Shown: piece after piece, positions 44,101 to 51,412 of the stretch | How the letters are laid out: each line of letters opens with the position of its first letter | How positions within the stretch are numbered: position 1 is the stretch's first letter | NCBI GenBank assembly: GCA_937966555.1 | Contig: CALCLY010000036.1 | Location: forward strand, 122,116 to 186,115 | Source of the DNA: an uncultured Clostridia bacterium | GTDB taxonomy: Bacteria; Bacillota; Clostridia; UMGS1883; UMGS1540 | DNA: 64,000 nucleotides | Direction of reading: 5' to 3' | Program-made: the position numbers and the translations under genes | The notes under the pieces: generated by a model | Seen by the model: only the letters and a program-made list of their open reading frames with translations | Told to the model about the DNA's origin: nothing | The model's database searches: none

Positions 44101-45129
44101 GTAGCAGCCGTTTTCTTCGCTGGTTCTGCGGCAGCATTCCTCGCATTTTTCGCATTCGTAGCAGAAATTTTCGCACGAGCTGCAGTAATCTCCGCAATCA
44201 GAGCAAAGTATGTAGCCTTCGTAGTTACACTGATTACAGTTTTCACAAATCCACTCCCAGCACTTGTCGCAGTGATCCCCGTCCTCGCAGCGTCTGCCAT
44301 ATTCTTCGGGGCAAGCGCCGCAGTTGGGGCAAATATCGCTCGGCTCCCAGTCGCAGCAAAAGCCGCAGCTGCCGCAGCTTTGGCAGATTCTGTCGTCTTT
44401 TTCGGCGCAATTTTCGCACATTTCGCAGGTATCGTGGTATTCATATGCACAGCTGTTACATTCCGTACAGTGATCATCCAGCCAGCAATCCCTACACCTA
44501 TCGCATTCCCGGCAGATGACGCCGTCCGTAACACAGTTGTTGCACTTTTCGCAACCTTTACAGAAATCGTCCTCCGATTTACATTGGTTGCAGGCTGACA
44601 AACAATCCTGGCAAACGATTTCCAGACAGCAGCCGAGAGTTGCGCGGCAGGTCTTGCACATATCCTCCTCCTCAAACCCTCCGCTCCCGTAAAGGCAGGT
44701 CAGACACTCGTCGCAGTACGGGCACATGGCGCCGTTCGTCCGGCGGCAGTCTTCGCATACATTACAGCCGCTGCAAATGTCTCTGCCGCATTCTCCGCAA
44801 TACCTGCAGTGGTCGTTTTCGCCGCATTCGATACAATTCCAGCATTCGGTGCAGTATTGGTTTTCGCTCAAATCGTTAAAGCATGCGCCGCAGCTGTGGC
44901 AATGAGTGATTTCAAAACAGTCGCTTCTGCAGTCCTCCGTACAGCGGCCGCAGTTTCCGCAGCAATAGCTGTCCCAATGATAGTGACCGCAGCTTCCGCA
45001 GTTCTGACCGTCGGAATAGTCTGCAAATGCCGTAAAGCTGAAAATGGCTGCTAAAAGGACAACGGCAAAAAGAATAACGGCAAAAAGAACAACGGCATGT
45101 TTCACATGATTTCTTTTCATAATCTTCAT
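41155..45129 (-). CDS. exported giant cysteine-rich repeat protein
   Basis: The track start is TTG 45135 and the first ATG is 45129. N-terminus is KRNHVKH plus a hydrophobic stretch ending AFA. By hand count there are 116 Cys between track residues 46 and 564. Confidence 0.7.
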   Translation of the reverse strand: MKIMKRNHVKHAVVLFAVILFAVVLLAAIFSFTAFADYSDGQNCGSCGHYHWDSYCCGNCGRCTEDCRSDCFEITHCHSCGACFNDLSENQYCTECWNCIECGENDHCRYCGECGRDICSGCNVCEDCRRTNGAMCPYCDECLTCLYGSGGFEEEDMCKTCRATLGCCLEIVCQDCLSACNQCKSEDDFCKGCEKCNNCVTDGVICRECDRCRDCWLDDHCTECNSCAYEYHDTCEMCENCAEKDDRICQSCGSCGFCCDWEPSDICPNCGACPEEYGRRCEDGDHCDKCWEWICENCNQCNYEGYILCSDCGDYCSSCENFCYECEKCEECCRRTSEENGCYHDICVESSDWDDYSHRCQSCENCFEEDEMCDDCSLCAECCLNESQRNGCDHGICVESTEWDADTHRCGNCGNCFEDNEFCPDCGYCLNCCLSNADFLGCEHGICIEGSEWRSHYCEEHGGCVEVLCNICGGCAGCCNQMREEEQCTHTHVCPGSSGWSKHFCKTCNKCFAPGEMCQYCGKCLVCCKAATPCSCGNDICPSDPKWVDHYCTSHGTCFSKCSHGAHTHTPGSTYVQGDVNRHYQTCTICGMAMNQNRHRFGEWVRENFSEVFGKPIAIIHSNCLDCGYFLRKTSSVSSACVNGTCEGSEVLAYNATHHWRQCSLCGDVKASTKTTHDFSKNPYACGALNCYYKKIAAPAIDTVGGKDLEWDYVTYVNGKEKYYAADEFTAIFGEKLVIPYTLLCGENVKMSIIDPETGMKINPQQSTPFWNMYAQQLVTYTKDSVILDLQEPQCQRLFKHLYGQCGRYEFILRAHNELGNYEAYYNSDVRFFINLPHETDEWQMNETQHWKICSNSDCPDGGKRVNIGAHDWRHGDSCVACGRIRPVRITWQSPAEIKPTYRHGRDDNFVKLSVKARGNNLTYQWYNAYYDANGDVKLYKVPDIEEHPENGHAGTKTDTLTVGLYDAMCGEVLRYEDEFMFVCVVTGDGGTAQSNPIRIIPQHDTSSYEYRNSVAYTGSRTDRHMVLCKNCYEEFYLQSHTPGYWKTTKEPTVDAEGEQTYYCADCGLTRQKQSIPKLSAPHTHSFTVVAHDNIAHWNTCSDEACGRSDNSYVRHTYSDWVTVTAPTAAAPGLKKRICSQAGCWNEQTAPIAALTHVCSFVNSSYEHDETSHWLECESPDCSEKLRVIPHRYNQMVFPKKPTLTEEGIGHHVCSVCLYEEDVTLPKLTEKPVLQLFEKNGEYCIHASNGGLSAYIWIASYKNGRMIDIKREFIRQMDMPVLDASVGTLELNISDADEIRAFMFNYDKNIKPLLPSARLKITGS

Positions 45130-45131
45130 AA

Positions 45132-45419
45132 TCAAATCGCCTCTCTTTCATGAATTTGCTTTGCTCCGCACATGGGGCAATACTCCGCATCATTAGGGAG
45201 AACATTTTCACATTTGGTGCAGCAACGATGCTTTGCTCTGTAAATATCAAAAACTGTTTCCTCCGGCAGTTTTGTCTGACAAACTTTGCAAAACTTGTTT
45301 TTTGCAGCCTGCGCATTTCCGCAGCACGGGCAGATTTTAAACCTTTTCATATTTTGGGTGCCAAAACCGAAATGCTCCAAAACATCTTTTCTTAACGGTC
45401 TATATCTCGTCACTCTCAT
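45132..45419 (-). CDS. double zinc-ribbon protein
   Basis: Start taken at ATG 45419 (GGAGG upstream). CPCCGN..CKVCQ and CTKCEN..CPMCGA. The stop lies 3 nt before the ATG of the Cys-rich gene. Confidence 0.5.
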   Translation of the reverse strand: MRVTRYRPLRKDVLEHFGFGTQNMKRFKICPCCGNAQAAKNKFCKVCQTKLPEETVFDIYRAKHRCCTKCENVLPNDAEYCPMCGAKQIHEREAI

Positions 45420-45873
45420 CAGCTCCTCCATATAATAGTTTTTTGCCGCATACAAAGCAAATTATATCTCCGTTTTTTGCTTTTGCGCCGCAGTGCTTGC
45501 AATACTTTGCTTCTTCCTCAAGAGGAGCACAATTCACGCACATAAGCATATCCGGATTATATACAATCGAATCAACCCATCTGCCGCACAAGTGGCATAA
45601 ATTAAAATTTTTCTTGCCCTCCGCTTCCCATGCCGCCGAAAGCTCTGCCTCGAAATCGTCTGCATAATACTTTCCTGTGGTACAGACAAGCTTTCCCGAC
45701 AATTCACAGAAAAAGCTGTAACGGTTTCCGCCATGTGACGGAATAATTTTGTATGCAGCCGTTTTATGCTTCTCATTTATCATACGCCTCGCCTCCTCTC
45801 TGAAAAACTTATAAACCCGTTTCTTTTGCACAAACCTACGCAAATTATCCGCAAGCCGTTGACTAATTGCCAA
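45400..45873 (-). CDS. zinc-ribbon protein
   Basis: 157 aa. CHLCGR..CVNC and CKHCGA..CFVCGK. First gene of the minus-strand block. Confidence 0.5.
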   Translation of the reverse strand: MAISQRLADNLRRFVQKKRVYKFFREEARRMINEKHKTAAYKIIPSHGGNRYSFFCELSGKLVCTTGKYYADDFEAELSAAWEAEGKKNFNLCHLCGRWVDSIVYNPDMLMCVNCAPLEEEAKYCKHCGAKAKNGDIICFVCGKKLLYGGADESDEI

Positions 45874-46235
45874 AAATGTGATATACTTGTGATGGATAAA
45901 TCTGCTAAAAAGGAACCCGTCTTTTTATTTAAGAAACTGCGATTACTTTATAATAGGTTGAAACACATACGTAAAAGAACGCCTCTTTATCTTTTTTTTG
46001 CAGATAATTCTTTCCGGTGCTGCAAATTGTTGTTTTTACATGTTTTCATTATACATAAAAATATCTTTTTGTCCCCATACTTTTTGCCAAAAGTATAGGA
46101 TGAATTTCAAAAAAATCAGGTTTTTTTAAAAAAGTAGGGGGAAAAGTATAGGAGAATTACATTTATTGGTAATTTTTTGATGTAAAACCGAAGGACAGAA
46201 AAAATCATTAAAACATATTACGGAGGAATTTTTGT

Positions 46236-47558
46236 ATGCAACCTGTAAAAAAAATTTTTTTATTTTTACTCATTTTCAGCATATTGGTATGCTGTCTTTC
46301 CGGCTGCAAAAAATCGGAACTTGATAAAAACAAGCCCGTTACGCTTACAATGTGGCACGTTTACGGAGAACAAGCGGATTCGCCGATGAATCGGCTTATT
46401 GACGAATTTAACGAGACAGTTGGCATGGAAAAAGGCATTATTATCAATGTCACGGCAATGTCCAACGCCTCCAAAATAGGCGAAAAACTGCTTGACGCAC
46501 ATAATAAGATTCCCGGTTCCGCCGAAATGCCCGACCTTTTCTTTGCACACAAAAGCAACGCGCTGGAGCTTGGAACGGATTGTTTACTTGACTGGAACGA
46601 ATATTTTTCCGAAAAAGAGCTTTCGGCATACGTTCCGGGGTTTTTGGAGGACGGCACGGCAGACGGAAATCTGTCCGTGTTCCCGGTTTCCAAATCCACG
46701 CATCTTTTATTCATCGCCGGAGGTCAGTTTGAACGCTTTTCAGCCGATACGGGCGTTACATATGAAGCACTGTCCACATGGGATGGGTTTTTCGATGCTG
46801 CCGCGAAATATTATGACTGGTCGGGCGGAAAACCGTTCTGCGCTCTTGATTATCCGCTGCGCGCCATTGAGCTTGCGGCTACGGAAAGCGGCGCAGGAAA
46901 TATTTTTGCCGACAACGGATTCTATGACCCGTCAAACGTGATTTTTAAGCAAACCTTCATGAAATTTGCGGATTCGCTTGCAAAAGGGCATATTATGCTT
47001 TCAAATCTCTATTCAAACACACAGGTGATGACAGGCGATGTTGTAGCCGGCATAGGCTCGTCCGCCGCAATTCTTTACTATAATGATACCGTGACATATG
47101 AGGACGGAACGAGTGAGCCGATGGAGCTGGAGATACTGCCTCTGCCCGCTGAAAACGGAAAAAAGCCGTATATCACGCAAGCCGGAGTCGGTCTTTGCGC
47201 ATATAAAACATCAAGTCAAAAAGCAGAGGCTGCAGTGATTTTTGCCAAATGGCTCACCGAGCCGGAGAGAAATCTTGAGTTCGTATGCCAAACAGGTTAT
47301 ATGCCCGTTACAAACGGTGCATTTGACAAAATAGACGACTGCCATTTCAAGACAGCCGATTATGAAAAACTTTATGCAGCCCTAAAAAAAATTAAGGAAA
47401 GCTCGGAGGTTTTATCGGAACAGCAAAGTCCCGAATATTACAGCAGAGTTTACGCATTTTACGATTATTTAAGAAACGAACAGAAACAATTTATATTAAG
47501 CAACACGCCGCCCGAAGCACTTGCCAATGGACTTTGGCAAAAGCTCTGCGAAAAATAG
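46236..47558 (+). CDS. extracellular solute-binding lipoprotein (ABC sugar-type SBP)
   Basis: Lipobox LSGC. Overall family-1 SBP look (TLTMWHVYGEQ...). No permease or ATPase gene is adjacent. Confidence 0.75.
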   Translation: MQPVKKIFLFLLIFSILVCCLSGCKKSELDKNKPVTLTMWHVYGEQADSPMNRLIDEFNETVGMEKGIIINVTAMSNASKIGEKLLDAHNKIPGSAEMPDLFFAHKSNALELGTDCLLDWNEYFSEKELSAYVPGFLEDGTADGNLSVFPVSKSTHLLFIAGGQFERFSADTGVTYEALSTWDGFFDAAAKYYDWSGGKPFCALDYPLRAIELAATESGAGNIFADNGFYDPSNVIFKQTFMKFADSLAKGHIMLSNLYSNTQVMTGDVVAGIGSSAAILYYNDTVTYEDGTSEPMELEILPLPAENGKKPYITQAGVGLCAYKTSSQKAEAAVIFAKWLTEPERNLEFVCQTGYMPVTNGAFDKIDDCHFKTADYEKLYAALKKIKESSEVLSEQQSPEYYSRVYAFYDYLRNEQKQFILSNTPPEALANGLWQKLCEK

Positions 47559-47571
47559 ACGGGGGATTATT

Positions 47572-49176
47572 ATGCAAATATCGGTAAGAAACAAAAGACA
47601 ATCTATGCAAAAAAAGCTGTTTGGATATATGTTTATCCTGGCTATCGTTTTATTGCTTATATTTGCGGCTTTTCTTTTCCTGTTCGGACGTTTTTCGACA
47701 ACCGAGGATAAAATATCGGATATATTAAGCCTTCAGATTGAGTTTTTCGACCGTGAAATGACGGCTTACTACAATAATATTACCTTGCGCGGCGCACAGC
47801 TTTCCGAAAAAGCCGCGCAGCTTACCGAGCAATATCTCAATTCGGAAAATACAGATTTTGGCGGCGTTCAAAATTCTTCTTTGCATATCAACGCTCTTGA
47901 GGAACGCTATATTGATTTATTGAAGAACGAGCTTTTAAAGGCAAGCTGTTCCGGCGCTTTTATTCTGATTAACGCATCTCAAACCGGCGAAAGCGGTTCA
48001 AAAGCAGGCGTGTACCTTAATCAGGATCTGTTCGGAACAACGGACAAGGAAACAATGCTTCTTTACAGGGGAAATGTGAAGGCTGCAATAAACAAAGGCA
48101 TTATGCCTCACCGAAAATGGCATTTGGAATTTGACACCGGGGGATTCCCAAATTTTGAAGAAGTTCTTTCGGATACCGCCGAGCCGATTGAAAAAGCCTC
48201 TCACATTTGTAATATTATAATGCTTCCCGGAACGTCGGAGCATGTTATGCTTGTAGCGCTTCCTATCAGAGGCGACGGCGGCCGCGTTTACGGCATCTGC
48301 GGCTTTGAAGTAAACGAAAGCGTTTTTAAGTCCGCACACGCACAGCCGTCCACGCTTCCGCACATAACCTGCATATTCTCCCGCTCGGACGATAAAGAAA
48401 TCAATATCAAAGAGGGATTAAGCTGCGGAGCAAAAAACGGATATTTTCTTGCACCTAAGGATTCCCTCAAAATCAAGCCGCTGAAAAAGGGTCTTGTCGC
48501 TTTAAAAAATGAATACGGCGCATATATTGGCATGACGAGAAACACAACTCTTTATTCCGAAAACACACCTTATTCGATTACGGTTATGATGCCGTATGCG
48601 GATTATTCCGAGCTGGAAACGAAAAACACCATACAGCTTATACTCATAATTCTGATTTTGGGATTTGCTGTTTTAAGCCTTAGCCTGTATTTTTCAAAAC
48701 GATTTATCCTTCCGATAAAAAAATCGCTTGACAAAATAAAGCAATCCGAAAAGACATATTCCGACGAAAGTCAAAGCGGTATTATGGAAATTGACGACCT
48801 TTTTGCATTTCTTGCCGGAAAGGATAACGAATATCAAAAAATCTTCGATGAGCATTCCGAAAAAAACGAGAGTCTGCAAAGCGAGATTGAACGCATCAGA
48901 ACCGAAAACAAGCGTCTGATGAAAGAGCATAAAAATATCATCATACAGGATGATTATGATCATTTCTGTTCTGGTTTACGCAGCCTTACTCCCAAGGAGA
49001 GAACAATATTTGACCTCTATCTGGAGGGAAAAACCGTTCCTGAAATTTTACAGATTGCAAAAGTTAAAGAGAGTACACTTAAATACCATAACGGCAATAT
49101 TTACAGCAAGCTCGGCGTTTCCTCAAAAAAGCAGCTTCTTAATTTTGCGGCACTGTATGCACAGGAAAAAAAATAA
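47572..49176 (+). CDS. membrane-anchored LuxR-family transcriptional regulator
   Basis: Start at ATG 47572. Two TM helices flank an extracytoplasmic region of about 330 aa. C-terminal LuxR HTH ERTIFDLYLEGKTVPEILQIAKVKESTLKYHNGNIYSKLGV. Confidence 0.7.
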   Translation: MQISVRNKRQSMQKKLFGYMFILAIVLLLIFAAFLFLFGRFSTTEDKISDILSLQIEFFDREMTAYYNNITLRGAQLSEKAAQLTEQYLNSENTDFGGVQNSSLHINALEERYIDLLKNELLKASCSGAFILINASQTGESGSKAGVYLNQDLFGTTDKETMLLYRGNVKAAINKGIMPHRKWHLEFDTGGFPNFEEVLSDTAEPIEKASHICNIIMLPGTSEHVMLVALPIRGDGGRVYGICGFEVNESVFKSAHAQPSTLPHITCIFSRSDDKEINIKEGLSCGAKNGYFLAPKDSLKIKPLKKGLVALKNEYGAYIGMTRNTTLYSENTPYSITVMMPYADYSELETKNTIQLILIILILGFAVLSLSLYFSKRFILPIKKSLDKIKQSEKTYSDESQSGIMEIDDLFAFLAGKDNEYQKIFDEHSEKNESLQSEIERIRTENKRLMKEHKNIIIQDDYDHFCSGLRSLTPKERTIFDLYLEGKTVPEILQIAKVKESTLKYHNGNIYSKLGVSSKKQLLNFAALYAQEKK

Positions 49177-49400
49177 CAGAGCCACACAGCAGAGAATAAT
49201 TCTCGGTTGTGTGGTTCTTTCATACAGACAGCGAAAGGCATATAGAAATGCTCCCCGCTGTCTTATGTTTTTAATAGCACCTCGGTCTTGCCGCAAAGCT
49301 CGCAAATACTGTTCGTTTCATTGAAATTCCTCTGTTTCAGTAGTTTATTTTCGGTATCTTTATTGTATCATCATATAAAAAGACCGTCAAAAAATTTTCT

Positions 49401-49431
49401 GAAACGAAAAAGACAACCCGTACAGGTTGCC
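49401..49431 (-). terminator. rho-independent terminator of the mmcQ-like gene
   Basis: Minus strand reads GGCAACC-tgtacg-GGTTGTC (one mismatch) followed by TTTTTCGTTTC. Confidence 0.5.
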
Positions 49432-49460
49432 TTAAAAGCCTGTTATAAAAACAGAAACTG

Positions 49461-49838
49461 TCAGCTTTTTTTCTTATGAGTTTTTAGTGCTGTTGCATCG
49501 TAACTCATATCCAAAAGCATTTTTATTGTATCATCATTTACACTTTTATCAAGTGCAACAGTAATCCAGCTTTCTTTATTCATATGATATGCAGGAAAAA
49601 ACCCTGCTTCCTTTAATAAAGAGCCAATCAGCAAAGGATCGCACTTGAAATTTACCACATCAATTATATCCGTTCCCGGCAATCCGAGTTTATTTTTAGG
49701 TATATCCATAATCAAAGCAAACCACTTACGGTTATTGCTATGCCGAAACACTTCGTAATTCGGATATTTAAGCCACGGATAATCTGATTCAGCGTTATAG
49801 TTTTCATTGATAAACTGTTCCAAATCATCACGGTTCAT
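49461..49838 (-). CDS. MmcQ/YjbR-family DNA-binding protein
   Basis: YPWLKYPNYEVFRH..RKWFALIM..VNFKCDP..PAYHMNKESWITVAL matches the family pattern. Confidence 0.75.
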   Translation of the reverse strand: MNRDDLEQFINENYNAESDYPWLKYPNYEVFRHSNNRKWFALIMDIPKNKLGLPGTDIIDVVNFKCDPLLIGSLLKEAGFFPAYHMNKESWITVALDKSVNDDTIKMLLDMSYDATALKTHKKKS

Positions 49839-49970
49839 ATTGTTTCACCTACATATTCACATTTATCTTGCAAATATTATACCACAGAAACAGCGAGAAA
49901 GCAATGTTTCCGACTGCTTTCTCCCATTTGCACAAAGGTTTATTTTACCCAAGTTTCAGTGTTGTTTGCC

Positions 49971-50069
49971 GTGTTTACGCGCGAATACGCCGACATGATA
50001 GGCGCCGATTGCTATGCGCCCGATGCGCTTGCAACGGTTAATTACGCAAAGAAAGTGTTCGGAAGGTAA
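49971..50069 (+). pseudogene. C-terminal remnant of a cobalamin-binding-domain (corrinoid) protein
   Basis: My translation is ..EYADMIGADCYAPDALATVNYAKKVFGR*. This matches the typical ..A.EIGADGYAPDA..AV..AK.. C-terminus of B12-binding domains. No start codon or upstream domain is present. Confidence 0.4.
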
Positions 50070-50126
50070 TTATATTGAGTGTTTTCTGATTGTCTTCTGC
50101 TTAAAACGCAAGGTCTTTTGATAGAT

Positions 50127-51110
50127 TTAACGCACATAACTGCCGTTGCAGATAAACTCGTATTTACATTCAATATTGCAGGTTGCAAAATCGCGGGGAC
50201 AATTTCTCACTTCCTTAACGGCTCTTTTAAATTCGGTAGGAGTCATATGTATATATTTTCTGAAAACATCCCGAAAATGTTTTATATCTGAATATCCGAC
50301 GCTTTCCGCCACCGATTCGAGATTCAGAGGCGTTTCGGAAAAAAGAATACAGCTTTGAAAAATGCGCAGTTTCTGAATGTATTCGTGAAACTGCACCCCC
50401 GTTTTATGTGCAAATTCGCGCGAAAGCGCGGAAACGCTTATATTTAATGAATTTGCAATGTCCGAGAGAGAAATATTTTCCGAATAATTCTCATTTACAT
50501 AGTGTATAACGTAATTTATATGGTCATTGTCATCCGTGGTGTGTCTGCCTAAATATGTTTTTAAAATTTTTATCAAAATCAACGATAAAATGCATTTTAT
50601 TGCTTTTTTTGAAGTCACATCGGCGTCTTCGAATTCTTTGAGCATTTCTTCAAACATATATAAAACAGTCTTGTTTTCGTTATCGTGATAAATATATTCA
50701 TCAGTTAAATTGTGAGATCCGACAGGGGTGTAAAAGCAGTTCTGCATAAGCTCCTTCAGCGATGTTTTATATGTTAATCGGCTGTCAAGAAAGCCGGAGT
50801 GAAATGTGCATATAATCATATCAAGCTTTTCTTTTACATTTTGGAAGCTGTGTCTGCTGTTGCTTATAATGAAAAAATCACCGGCTTTAATCTTAAATAC
50901 TTTATCGTTAATTATTTGTTCCGCCTCGCCGGATATAATATAAGACAGCTCATATACTTGATTGTGAACATGACAATTTGTATTGTAATGCGAAGCTCTG
51001 TAGACACGCAGTGTGGAATTTGTAATATTAAAAAAAGGCGATTTCAACTCAGGCACAACAAAATACCCCCCTAATTCTAAAAATGTTCCTTCTTGTAAAG
51101 ATTGTATCAT
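50127..51110 (-). CDS. AraC-family transcriptional regulator (cupin plus HTH)
   Basis: C-terminal AraC HTH pair (LSDIANSLNISVSALSREF...; VAESVGYSDIKHFRDVFRKYIHMTPTEF). Confidence 0.85.
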   Translation of the reverse strand: MIQSLQEGTFLELGGYFVVPELKSPFFNITNSTLRVYRASHYNTNCHVHNQVYELSYIISGEAEQIINDKVFKIKAGDFFIISNSRHSFQNVKEKLDMIICTFHSGFLDSRLTYKTSLKELMQNCFYTPVGSHNLTDEYIYHDNENKTVLYMFEEMLKEFEDADVTSKKAIKCILSLILIKILKTYLGRHTTDDNDHINYVIHYVNENYSENISLSDIANSLNISVSALSREFAHKTGVQFHEYIQKLRIFQSCILFSETPLNLESVAESVGYSDIKHFRDVFRKYIHMTPTEFKRAVKEVRNCPRDFATCNIECKYEFICNGSYVR

Positions 51111-51412
51111 AATGTTATAATTAAATCAAGATATATTTAATATATTGACATGGTTTTGGTTAAAAAATAAGTTTTTAATTATGATTACAATTACTTTTTG
51201 AGTATTTTAATACCGTGGATGATAATAAGCCGGTCTGCTTTAAAGACAAATTATTTATATTGTTTTCATTCTGCTGATTATTTTTCTGCAAATATATCCC
51301 CTGTTTTTTTAGAAGACGGCAGGGAATATGGGAGGTGCGGTATCAAATGGTTAATTTGTAAAAAACAAAAGAACTCGGTCGGTATTAATTTTTTTGAAAG
51401 GATGTATTTTTT

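Noticed and set aside
43099-44675. Long alternative-frame and antisense ORFs inside the Cys-rich gene (for example 43839-44675 minus, 278 aa; 43906-44598 plus, 230 aa; 43099-43830 plus, 243 aa)
   Set aside because: Their translations are low-complexity Ala/Arg/Thr-rich strings with no RBS. They are fully nested in a much longer ORF that has coherent repeat structure. GC-rich, TGC/TGT-rich coding sequence is expected to open other frames by chance.
41155-45129. Cys-rich giant as a multiheme cytochrome or Tat-exported Fe-S protein
   Set aside because: I scanned every CxxC and found none followed by His (no CxxCH motif). The N-terminus has no twin-arginine motif. An Fe-S or Zn role remains only a hypothesis.
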